Source: a virus. From it: 64,000 nt of DNA. The notes under the pieces were generated by a model. It did no database searches, had not been told where the DNA came from, and saw nothing but the letters and a program-made list of their open reading frames with translations. A program made the translations under genes and the position numbers. The DNA is taken from positions 1 to 64,000 of IMG/VR virus record IMGVR_UViG_3300009128_000008; one strand, 5' to 3'. Positions 1 to 9,800 of the stretch are shown here, piece by piece (positions within the stretch are counted from its first letter, which is position 1; the number at the start of each line of letters is the position of its first letter).

Positions 1-1530
1 TGCCCCCTCTCTTGCCACCAAGGCGGCTTCAACTCTATATGTGGCTATTTTATTATTTATCTCAATTAGTTTAGAAAGCTGTCCCTCTCGCCTCTTATCT
101 CCAGCCTTCATCACCTTCATCATAGCATCTTCACCCTCTGGAAGTTTAAGATCTACGGTGGTTAAATCTCCTGCCCTCATTTTCTCTATAATGGCATAAG
201 CCTGCCTTCTGGTTTCAGCGACTTTAAAAGGGCCAGTCGTCAACATCTGAACCTGTTTAAGCATTTGAGCGGCTGCTGCCTGACTACCAGCCGCCTCTTC
301 TCTAGTAACAAGTTCGCCGCCAAACATTTTTCTCATGGCAGATTCAACTTTGCCCGCCACTTCATCTACCTTGCCCTCCGCCAGCATAATATCAATTTCG
401 AATGCTCCCTGAAGACCACCAACGCCGCCTGTCATTCCAGATAAAAATGCTTGCTGGGCTATATCCATATCTGAAATACCTTTCGTAAACCCTTTAACAA
501 TATCGGCAATAGCTCGCGGACCATATCCGCTTTCTGCCAATGCGGGTCCAAAAGATGCCATTACGTCAATTGCTCCTTGTGTGTTATCACCCAAATACAG
601 AAATTGAGCCGCTACATCCTGAGCATATTTTTTCATAATTCCCATTGGTATTTCCGTCTTTTGAGACGCAAGATGCATTTTAGAAAGTGCTTCTAGTGCG
701 CCTTTTGTGCCGGTTGTAAAATCTTTCTGCACGTCCTTCATATAATTGGTAACCTCGGCAAGCTCCAACAATGTTCCTTGCGTTACCTTTATAACAGATT
801 CTTCGGCAATTAAAGCCGGATATAACTGTTTAGTAAATGTAATCATCTTATCCATACTTCCCGGGATAGCCATAAGTTCATGCTGAAGTTTTGCCACTCG
901 CTCCGAATACAAACCAGTAGCATTACCAACTAGCTCTGCATCTTTGGCAAATTTAAGAACTTTGGTGCCAGTCATTTCATAATTATTATTTAATGATTTC
1001 ATCATTTTAGACAAGCCACCAGCGGCAGCGGCTTGTTTTAATAGGGCATTTTCCATATTTCTGCCAGCATCTCCGGCAGCAGCTATATTGGCCATAAAAT
1101 TTATAGCTTTTGCGCCAGTTTCTCCAAAAATCTTAGAAACTATTTTAGATCCTGATGCTCGTCTAATAAATTCATCCATTTGGGCAGACATTTCTTTGGC
1201 GCCATCTGCCATGCTGAAAAATCCGCCAGACATTTTAAATAATTCTTTATCAACCCCCATTGCAATTAAGGTACCAAACTTTACAGCCATCATCTCCAAT
1301 TCTGCGCTGGTGGCCCCAATACTGCCGCCAAGATTGTCCATGGCAGTTTTTATACGGCCTACATCCGCATCAGAAATACCAATATCTGTTTTATCTAACC
1401 CCTTATATAAGGTGGTGGCAAATTGATCAGCTGATTTGCGAAGCTTGTCTAAAACTTCCTTGACTTTTTTGCCCCTTTCAATTAATTTTTGTAGGGCGTC
1501 TGGAGTTGCTGCTACATCTATATCTGCCAT
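1..1530 (-). CDS. Tape measure protein, N-terminal part (runs off the window)
   Basis: Not in the ORF track. ATG at 1530 (MADIDVAATPDALQKLIERGKKVKE...); the stretches read are open and Ala/Gly-rich helical. Lies directly after the tail assembly chaperone pair. Confidence 0.8.
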   Translation of the reverse strand, partial: MADIDVAATPDALQKLIERGKKVKEVLDKLRKSADQFATTLYKGLDKTDIGISDADVGRIKTAMDNLGGSIGATSAELEMMAVKFGTLIAMGVDKELFKMSGGFFSMADGAKEMSAQMDEFIRRASGSKIVSKIFGETGAKAINFMANIAAAGDAGRNMENALLKQAAAAGGLSKMMKSLNNNYEMTGTKVLKFAKDAELVGNATGLYSERVAKLQHELMAIPGSMDKMITFTKQLYPALIAEESVIKVTQGTLLELAEVTNYMKDVQKDFTTGTKGALEALSKMHLASQKTEIPMGIMKKYAQDVAAQFLYLGDNTQGAIDVMASFGPALAESGYGPRAIADIVKGFTKGISDMDIAQQAFLSGMTGGVGGLQGAFEIDIMLAEGKVDEVAGKVESAMRKMFGGELVTREEAAGSQAAAAQMLKQVQMLTTGPFKVAETRRQAYAIIEKMRAGDLTTVDLKLPEGEDAMMKVMKAGDKRREGQLSKLIEINNKIATYRVEAALVAREGA

Positions 1531-1531
1531 A

Positions 1532-1897
1532 TTATTCTCTATTAATTACGCGGCGCCTTCTGTGCGGCCTTAAGCTATTCTGTGGTTGTTTGGCTTTCTT
1601 TTGTCGATCGGCTAGAACCATTTGTGAAGATCTCTCAAAATCAGCATCTGACACAGAAACTGAGCTTTCTTCATTCATCATTTTTTGAGCCATCTCAGGA
1701 TTTGAAAATGCACCATTAAATATTGCATAATGCTTGGCAAATTCATTCTTTTCTTCTAAATCACCGACCCAAGACTCATACATCCACAATTTCAGAAACG
1801 GGTCTATCTCATCAAACCACGGGTCGTTCGGTATTTTCTGGAATGTTTTACACACAAACCATCGAAATCTATGATCCGGCTCCTTTATGATTTTTTT
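1532..1897 (-). CDS. Tail assembly chaperone, -1 frame extension (lambda GT-like)
   Basis: The frame is open from the A7 run at 1891-1897 (…KK-IIKEPDHRFRWFVCKTFQKIPNDP…) to TAA at 1532. The track's GTG start at 1855 is probably not the real start. Confidence 0.8.
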   Translation of the reverse strand, partial: KKIIKEPDHRFRWFVCKTFQKIPNDPWFDEIDPFLKLWMYESWVGDLEEKNEFAKHYAIFNGAFSNPEMAQKMMNEESSVSVSDADFERSSQMVLADRQKKAKQPQNSLRPHRRRRVINRE

Positions 1898-2574
1898 ATT
1901 GCGTCCGCTACTTCCTTTACATCCTCTTCGGTCTTAACTGCATATTGATTTTGTGCTTTTTCGGTAATTATTTTATATTTATCATGGATATACGCCGCTA
2001 CCGAATCTGACAAAGAATCAAATAGAGCTAATCGCGCCTCCATAGAATCATCACCAATAACTTCCGCCAACAAATACCCATTAATCTGATATACTGATCT
2101 GGCTAATGTTTGTGTGCGAAGCTCAAATCCCAACTCTGCCGCCGACATCTCCTGTAAAGAAACAGTTTTTGCAATTTCTTTTATTTCTCCGGTGCTTAAC
2201 GTCCTAATTGAAAAGTTTACTCCATCTATCTCAAATTCATCAGTTACTTTGCCCAAGCCTATTAAGAATTCTACTCTTTTTTTGGCTTCAACTGTAAGGC
2301 CTCTACCAGTCTGACGCATATCTTCCAAATTGCGCCTATCTTCATTCGATAATACCTGCGGTTGTGGCTGTGATGCAAACGATCTGCCCTCTCCTGCAGC
2401 CCGAGGTGTTTCAAACCTATTTTGAGGCATTTGTTGAGGAGCCTGTCGTGGTACCCGCTGAGGAATTTGCTGATCTTGCGCGGGAGGATTACTAGCATCC
2501 TCCACAGTATATACTTCTCTTTTATTTCCTGTTTGAAACGAAGTACTTCCCAATTCACTTTCAATTTCTGTCAT
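1885..2574 (-). CDS. Tail assembly chaperone (lambda G-like)
   Basis: Between tube and tape measure; 'FSIRTLSTGE' chaperone-like motif; ends ATA AAA AAA TCA TAA (slippery site). Confidence 0.75.
   Translation of the reverse strand: MTEIESELGSTSFQTGNKREVYTVEDASNPPAQDQQIPQRVPRQAPQQMPQNRFETPRAAGEGRSFASQPQPQVLSNEDRRNLEDMRQTGRGLTVEAKKRVEFLIGLGKVTDEFEIDGVNFSIRTLSTGEIKEIAKTVSLQEMSAAELGFELRTQTLARSVYQINGYLLAEVIGDDSMEARLALFDSLSDSVAAYIHDKYKIITEKAQNQYAVKTEEDVKEVADAIKKS
1891..1897 (-). promoter_or_regulatory. Programmed -1 ribosomal frameshift heptamer A AAA AAA
   Basis: X XXY YYZ pattern in the correct phase; a -1 slip joins the two chaperone ORFs. Confidence 0.8.
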
Positions 2575-2761
2575 AATTTCTTCCTATTAATTCTTTATTT
2601 GTATATAGTTGGAGACAAACCAACACCATACGTTTATATAACAAAATATACGCAACTATTCAAATGATTGTAAAACCAATCACAGCGTATATTTCTTCCC
2701 CCACACAATTTTCAAAACGCATTGGTGGGGGAGATAACTAATAATTACAAGACTCTATCGG

Positions 2762-3382
2762 CTAATCCGTCAAAAACGCATTCAGCAAACCGGGTGCATC
2801 CAAAGCTCCACGGAAATCCCCTCTATCAGCTTCTTGCTCAAATGAATTAATATGAATGTTCTCAATATATCCGTTAGGAATTGTAGTGACCACATTATTC
2901 ATGTTTAATGTGCTATAAATGTCTTCCGCTTTCCAGGCCATATTATCTGAAATAACCCAATCGGCAGCACTATAAACATAATTGATATTTTCTATCCATA
3001 CGTTTTTTATAGTGGTTATAATTGAGTTTCCAGGATCTGAGTCGGCGAACTGATCGTGAATTTCTATATCAAAAGGGATGCGCTGAGATTTAACATGGAT
3101 ATATCCACGACTAAATGCTTCAGCTATACGCATCTTGTCAAACCTGGTACGTTTGCAAGATCCACTAATATCTGTAGATTTTGCTGGAGCACTATCTATA
3201 TGACCATCTGTTCCTACTTCATCAATCATAGTAATAGTTGGCCGAGCTTCTGTAATATTAAGCTCTTGTACAGCTCCAACAACATTTCCAGCAACTAAAA
3301 TAATAATATTAGTTGATAGATGCGTTGCCGTTCTATTGTTACCGTCTTGGTCAAATAACTGTGTATTTGTGTTTCTAGGCAT
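2762..3382 (-). CDS. Tail tube protein
   Basis: About 200 aa, beta-rich, immediately downstream of sheath; 'VGAVQELNITE…EVGTD…PFDIEIHD' tube-like pattern. Confidence 0.75.
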   Translation of the reverse strand: MPRNTNTQLFDQDGNNRTATHLSTNIIILVAGNVVGAVQELNITEARPTITMIDEVGTDGHIDSAPAKSTDISGSCKRTRFDKMRIAEAFSRGYIHVKSQRIPFDIEIHDQFADSDPGNSIITTIKNVWIENINYVYSAADWVISDNMAWKAEDIYSTLNMNNVVTTIPNGYIENIHINSFEQEADRGDFRGALDAPGLLNAFLTD

Positions 3383-3437
3383 AGTTTACCACTCTAGTCA
3401 AAAATTATTCTCTAACTTACAACTTTATATCAAAATA

Positions 3438-5897
3438 TTACAGGACACCAACACCAACCCTAATGTAAATCCAGTTTACAGGATATACGGGCTGTACTGC
3501 CACTGAAATATTCCATTGTCTCGGATCTACGCTATCTCTAACAACCCTCAGATCCGCAAATTGTGTTATAAGCTTCTGCGAAATGAAGCTCTGCATAACA
3601 CTTGTGGCTCTGGCCAGTAATGTGCCTTGGAAGGTTTCTGACTCCGGAGATCCTGGGAATCCAGCAAAAGCAGCTCTCATGCTCTTTGCAATACGATCCC
3701 TAATAAATATGATGCTTATTTCTTCTTCTTCTGGGTATCCACTCTGGGTTGTCGTCTTACCCCAAATTACGGTACCGCCTCCAATCGCTGGTTGTAACGT
3801 TGTAATACCAGCTACAGCTAAATTCTCCAATGTAATCGGCCTAAATAGCTTGTCCCTCAAAATTGTAAATCCGGCCAACACCTTATTAGTTAGAGGAATA
3901 GAAACATTGGTCACGCCAGATAAATATCCAGCTGCTGCCGCGGCCATAAAGAACCCATCAACCAATGTGTTATCAGCCCCGATTTGTACAACTATCTGAT
4001 CTGGATAGAAATATACTACACGGAATGTTCCGCCAAAGGAATTAGGAACACCATAGTTAGTAAGATCCTCGACATTTCCTGACAAAATTTCAGATATATC
4101 ATCGCCCTGAATGCCCTCAAGAATACCAATATCTTCTACAGCAGCGGGCGTGGTGCCAATTACATTAGCTGGTGTCAAGCCCTGAATTGCCCCTATAAAC
4201 AACATTCGCTCTTTCTTGTTCTTAATATTACTCATGGCCTCACAATGCAGCCTAGCAGCCTGGAAAATAGCGCTAATTGTCTGAGAGGGAAGAGGAACCA
4301 CTATATCGCACTCAATCAATTCTAGTGCTTCCAGGGCCTCTTGCCATCCAACATCGAAAAAGTCTGCATCACGTGTGTCCACAACAGTAGCTCGCAAGCT
4401 CTGTCCAAGCGTTAAAGCTAAGTCCGAAGTGAATAAGATTCGAGCACTGCTATCACTTGTATCCAACACCCTAAATTCTGCGCCGGTTTCACTCACAAAC
4501 CCGCCAGGATCGGTGATTGTTGCAACACCTTCACTGACAGATACAATGCTATAAGTTCCAGCATTAGCGGCAGGAGCTAGTATTCTTATCTCTCTGGTTG
4601 CGCTCAGGTCATCCAAATTAAACTCTACGGTTGTACTACTTATTGTAGCGGTAGTGGGGGTTACCGGAGTAATTGCTCCATCATCGCCCTCTTTTTGTAC
4701 AGAATCTTCAAGAATTACTGTATAAGCATAAGTATAACCAACGCCATACATAAAGAGCGTAGGAGCTGCCGTAATAGCCGCGTCATAAAAATCTACTTTA
4801 TTAGGCACGATTTGTGTTTCAGACCCTGTAACCGGATCCGTAACAAAGAAATTAATATTAGTATCAACATCCGGGAACACATTAATTGGCAAAGCAAATG
4901 TAAGATCATCAGGAGCAGTACCACCAGACGCCGACTGTTCTAACACATAAGAAACTCTGCGCGGAATACTTGGTGCAGCCTGGCAACAGTAAACACCAGG
5001 AGGCTGATTGGCAAATGCAATCTGACATCCTAATGTAAGCCTATTATCTGTACTTGCCGAACCATGTTTTGTAGAGATCTCATCCATGTCCGAGAAAAAC
5101 TCCGGATCATTTAAATCTATTTCAGCAATATAATTTGCTATCAATGAATCTCCAGCAATTAATGAGCCACTCTCCACTTCTATTGTAAATGCATCACCCT
5201 CTCGGAACGCAGTAGATCCCTCAGAAATCGAGAAGGTCAATATTGTGTTGGATTCGGTAACACCATTGGACTGCCAAACAACATTATTTCCATAGCCATC
5301 TAACAGAATTCCACTAACCGATCCACTAGCAATAAATTTCGCATACCCATCGATAGGATTGCCATAACCATCTCGCACAACAGATACACACCTAACTGTC
5401 CAGGTTTCAGTGGGCGCATTTAAATCAACAAGGCTAAGACCATTAATCACACCGTTTCCAACATTGGCGCCACTTGCCTCCCAATAAGAGCCGCCTTGAT
5501 CCACAAGATGAGCAGTCTGTAATTCTACGTATCCAAGGGTAATATCTAAACGATAATCATATCGATCACTAAACGACCCTCCTGCAGTAGCAAACCCCGC
5601 CTGTTCCAGACCTACTAAGGGTATCCCATTTTTGTATAATACCGTACGGTTAGCTATTACTGGGGCGTATGTAAGCAAAAAGTGCCTACCGTCGCTACCG
5701 GTGGTTGACGTATATGTGGAATTCAATCCATCGTTACCATCCCCTACCGCAGAATTAACTAATCTCTCTACCCTTTCGCCTTCACCAACAATAGCGGCAA
5801 TCCTAAGGCCGCCTGGTACTGATACGCCACGAGATACTGTTTCTACATCTATATAGGGACCAGGGAGTGCATTTGTTGAACCTGGAAAATTTGCCAT
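3438..5897 (-). CDS. Contractile tail sheath protein with inserted domains
   Basis: N-terminal 'LPGPYIDVE…IAAIVG'; C-terminal 'ISVAVQPVYPVNWIYIRV'; 'AAAAAG…PLTNK' sheath core. Confidence 0.9.
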   Translation of the reverse strand: MANFPGSTNALPGPYIDVETVSRGVSVPGGLRIAAIVGEGERVERLVNSAVGDGNDGLNSTYTSTTGSDGRHFLLTYAPVIANRTVLYKNGIPLVGLEQAGFATAGGSFSDRYDYRLDITLGYVELQTAHLVDQGGSYWEASGANVGNGVINGLSLVDLNAPTETWTVRCVSVVRDGYGNPIDGYAKFIASGSVSGILLDGYGNNVVWQSNGVTESNTILTFSISEGSTAFREGDAFTIEVESGSLIAGDSLIANYIAEIDLNDPEFFSDMDEISTKHGSASTDNRLTLGCQIAFANQPPGVYCCQAAPSIPRRVSYVLEQSASGGTAPDDLTFALPINVFPDVDTNINFFVTDPVTGSETQIVPNKVDFYDAAITAAPTLFMYGVGYTYAYTVILEDSVQKEGDDGAITPVTPTTATISSTTVEFNLDDLSATREIRILAPAANAGTYSIVSVSEGVATITDPGGFVSETGAEFRVLDTSDSSARILFTSDLALTLGQSLRATVVDTRDADFFDVGWQEALEALELIECDIVVPLPSQTISAIFQAARLHCEAMSNIKNKKERMLFIGAIQGLTPANVIGTTPAAVEDIGILEGIQGDDISEILSGNVEDLTNYGVPNSFGGTFRVVYFYPDQIVVQIGADNTLVDGFFMAAAAAGYLSGVTNVSIPLTNKVLAGFTILRDKLFRPITLENLAVAGITTLQPAIGGGTVIWGKTTTQSGYPEEEEISIIFIRDRIAKSMRAAFAGFPGSPESETFQGTLLARATSVMQSFISQKLITQFADLRVVRDSVDPRQWNISVAVQPVYPVNWIYIRVGVGVL

Positions 5898-6039
5898 GAA
5901 TTAATCCTCTTCACTAGGTTTACATGTAAACATTCAATAAAAATGTTATTTTATTGCCTACAATTATTACTTATTTATATGTTTTCTTATGCCGTGATTT
6001 ACGTTTTGTGCCTTTATAGATTTATTCCTATATTTACTA

Positions 6040-6831
6040 CTATAAAGTTGATAGCTGCTGAATAAACTCTAGCGCCGTTGTAATTCTTAGATTTGGGGCT
6101 ATTTCCGGCGGATGATCCCTTACATCCCCAAAATCTACGCATATATTAATGGCGTCCACCACAGAGTTTATCGGTATGTGGCGGTTCCATTCTGTCCGTA
6201 TATCCAGAGATATAGATTGTTTAAAAATCTTATCATTTCTGTCCTCTTCCTCACTCGGAGCATCTACCCTAGTATTTTTGATAAATACTCCGGCATGCGT
6301 CAGATCATCAAGTGACTGATCATCCACAAGAATGGACACCAATTCAACCAGTTCATCGCGCGATCTTAAGGACCGAGTCTCTACATCAATTGCTACGGTA
6401 CCCTCCCACGCTCCAGACAAAGAATAATAGCTTGGCGTGGTAATTATTGTCTCATTTCCGTACCCATCTATGTATCTAACGTGGGTGGTTTTTACCAACC
6501 CTTTATTTCGACTCATAGAAATAGGTTTTCGTGTTGTTCCAGCAGATCTGACCAAAATTGATGGATAATATCTTACATCATACCTATAATATTCTCCGAT
6601 ATAGACCCTCGTGGTAACATCATCATTTAAGCCCGCATCATTTGGTAAATTTGTATGATCTGGGGTATTTGGAAAGCCAAATTCATCTCGGGAATAGTGA
6701 TAATATGAGTCTTCTTCAAAAAAATTGCGCAACGTCTCTATCAACACCTCTTTTGGGTGTACAATCTGTGTGTTTTGAACATAATCGAACAAAGCATAAA
6801 GATCGGTTTTTGTTGAGTTCGCTGTTGCCAT
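6040..6831 (-). CDS. Tail terminator/completion-like protein
   Basis: Upstream of sheath; 'YPSILV…IDVETRS..SRDELVELV' pattern. Confidence 0.55.
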   Translation of the reverse strand: MATANSTKTDLYALFDYVQNTQIVHPKEVLIETLRNFFEEDSYYHYSRDEFGFPNTPDHTNLPNDAGLNDDVTTRVYIGEYYRYDVRYYPSILVRSAGTTRKPISMSRNKGLVKTTHVRYIDGYGNETIITTPSYYSLSGAWEGTVAIDVETRSLRSRDELVELVSILVDDQSLDDLTHAGVFIKNTRVDAPSEEEDRNDKIFKQSISLDIRTEWNRHIPINSVVDAINICVDFGDVRDHPPEIAPNLRITTALEFIQQLSTL

Positions 6832-6832
6832 A

Positions 6833-9800
6833 TTACCATCTATATGTTATATCTACCGCCTTCTGTATAGTATGATCGCCAACAGCAACAAACTTTTTAG
6901 TGTCTCCGGACGCAGCCGATTCCAGCTCCCAATACAACAGAAGTGCAATTGATTTTCCCACACCAGTCCTAAATGACGAATCTGGAGCTGTTGTGGTTAT
7001 GTCATATGTGCCAGCCGAACTAATATCTGTCGGCGCACCAGCCTGAGGAACACCAGGGCCGTTATGTGTCATAACAGCTAATATATAATCTAAAGTATCA
7101 AAATCATCACTAACAGTCATCCTGGTTTCGGCTTGCACAAAATAAGTGTTTTTAGGAAGATAACTTTCTAAATCGATATAATAATGCATGAACCTAGCAT
7201 CAGTAGTTATAGACCTGTCATAAACAATAAAGAATACTTCGCGAAACATATCAGGACTATTCCCTATTGACATAACCGCGGCGACACCGGTTATGTCCGG
7301 ATTAGATGCAGGATCGGGGGCATTGGTATCTCCAAAGAAAAATGCAAACCCATCGCCCGCGCCAATCTCAGAACTTGCCCACGTCCCTTCATGCCCGTGT
7401 ACATGTATTGTTTCTGTTTGATTTATATTTCTTTCAACTACCCAATTATCACCCCTATTTTTAATTACATCTGTATCAACCGGAGGAGCGCTTGCGGCCA
7501 CAAAATAATTATCAAAATAATTATCTACAACTAATGCATGATCAACCCATCCACCACCAGTGATATAAGCATAAATATCATTCGTGCCCCTGTAAATCTT
7601 GTTATTAGTAACAACTTTCATATCTTCAGTCGCGGGGCCAATATCATCGAGAAAAATGCCATACCCAGAAGAAGCAGTTGCGCCATCTAACACAAAATTC
7701 TTGATTATATTGTTTGTTATTAACGACGGACCTGATGCAGATATTCCATTATTATATTGGTACGTGACCCCATCAACAACATCCTGGTCTATATTGTTAC
7801 CTATTATTTCGCGTATACTCTCCTCTGTGCTCATATAATCACTAACAAAAATAGCCGAGTTTTCAGCTCTTAATACGATAGATGATCCGTACCAAAACGT
7901 ATCTTCCAAATAAGTCGTATTATATGCCCTCAATGTATTATTAGTTATTTGGACGGAAGACGCTGTAGTTGCAGCGGTTTGTTGTATCTTTGCAAAAATC
8001 CAGTTACAATTATTTTTATCTATTACAACATTACCAGAAGTATAAGCTGAGTCCCCCAGGCCAAAAATCGAATCCCCTAATGTATCTAGAGATGCAATGT
8101 AATGACACGTATTCTCGGAAATATTTAAACCATTCGTAAAATCCACACCACTCAACAAAGTTGCACTGGCCGCTTCAACTCCGGATGTTAAGAATCCGAT
8201 AACACCACAATGATTTTTGCAGATATTAACGTTCGCAGTACGCAAGCCATAACCAGTAATAACTCCCCCAACAAAATCAGTCGGGGAGATAACATATATT
8301 CCTTGGGCGAAATTACATCTATTATTTTCTATCCACGTATTATGTAAAACTGATGGCCCGCTGCCCGCCCCATCAACATTAACAAAAACAATAGCTGCCT
8401 GTATTTTTGCTGTAGCATCATCTGCGTCATTAAATTGGTTATCTGTAACTCTTACATTAGACACCCAATCGTCCCTATTTAACTCAAAATTAATAAATGG
8501 CGGCCTTTGCGATGTAACCTCAGACACAAATATACATCTCTCTATTCTCATCATATGTGACAGCCCATTTGCGCCGCTTTGTGGTTCGCGATAAATGCAG
8601 CCATTTCCAATATTTATCTTGTCATCGGGAGTATATGATCCCTCTGGGTTGTAAACAAAATTTATCCCATACAATGAAACAAAACTATCAATTATAAATC
8701 CTTGTGGAACAGTAACATTAAATACCGCGCCGTCTCCTTCAAAAACAACAGGAATAGTAAATCCAGAAAGATCTATTGTCGAATCAACATCCCACACACC
8801 TCTAACTCTAACTTTTTGTACTCCTCCTGTACTATCGTTTACACCAAATTGCCCAACATCATAGCGATTTATCCAATTTTTCAGAGCTTCTACACAGTGA
8901 AAATTACCAACAAAATCTTCGGTAGTCCAAGTTAGCGGATGGTTTGCTCCCTCATGATCTACAAATTTGCGCACATCTTCTACGTCACCCTCAGTAATAT
9001 TTACAGAACTAATATCTGCAACAATTAATGCTATTGGAGTCAGATCTTGTCGGGTATTTATCAGCTCAGTAAAAGTAACAGATGGAACATAATAAGTTTG
9101 TCCTGCTGGCGTTTCAGCAAAATATTGTGTCTTAGTTGTGGTTATTAAAATTGTTTCAAGACCATTATGCTCATTAGCACAAACAGCCCATAAAACACTT
9201 ATCGGCGGTGGGGGTGGGTATGGCGTTCCTGCTGGAAAAATCTCTGGAATAGTTGCGGACATATTATTGATCACGCTAATATGACCATTTACTAACGCCA
9301 AGCCGCCTTTAAAGAAAACCTCGGAGGTACCACTTGGGGTCGTAGCAATGTAATCCAAATCCAGACCCCTCAATACACCATTAGGATGTAAATGTCTATC
9401 GCCAGAAGTGATAAATTCAATCGCAGAGGTTGTGAAGTCTGTCTCATCTACGCTGCCAAACTGCCTTCGATCCTGGGCGCGCTCAACAATATATGTATCA
9501 GAGTCTGGGCGCCAATTAACCTCACAAGTTGCCAGGATCATTAATTCATCCTGAAGGCGCAATGATGGGAAAATCTCTATATCAACATATCTAGGAACAG
9601 CAGATCCTAAAATTGGATCTCCTGGAAATGCTGCTGTAAGATCTAAAAACACAAGATCTATATAATCATTATATGTCTCGTCATAAAAACGAGTTGGTAC
9701 GTCTTTCCTTCCGGTGGTTAATGGCCCAACGTTAAAAATTCCATCACCAAAGGGATCTCTTTGTCCAATATAGCCGTCGTACTCTCCAGACGCAACAGTA

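Noticed and set aside
2697-2732. Hairpin after the tube gene as a terminator
   Set aside because: A stem (tcccccac…gtggggga) is present but the loop is long and no U-tract follows on the minus strand.
2762-5897. Contractile injection system (eCIS/tailocin) rather than phage
   Set aside because: A complete head and DNA packaging module is present in the same region.
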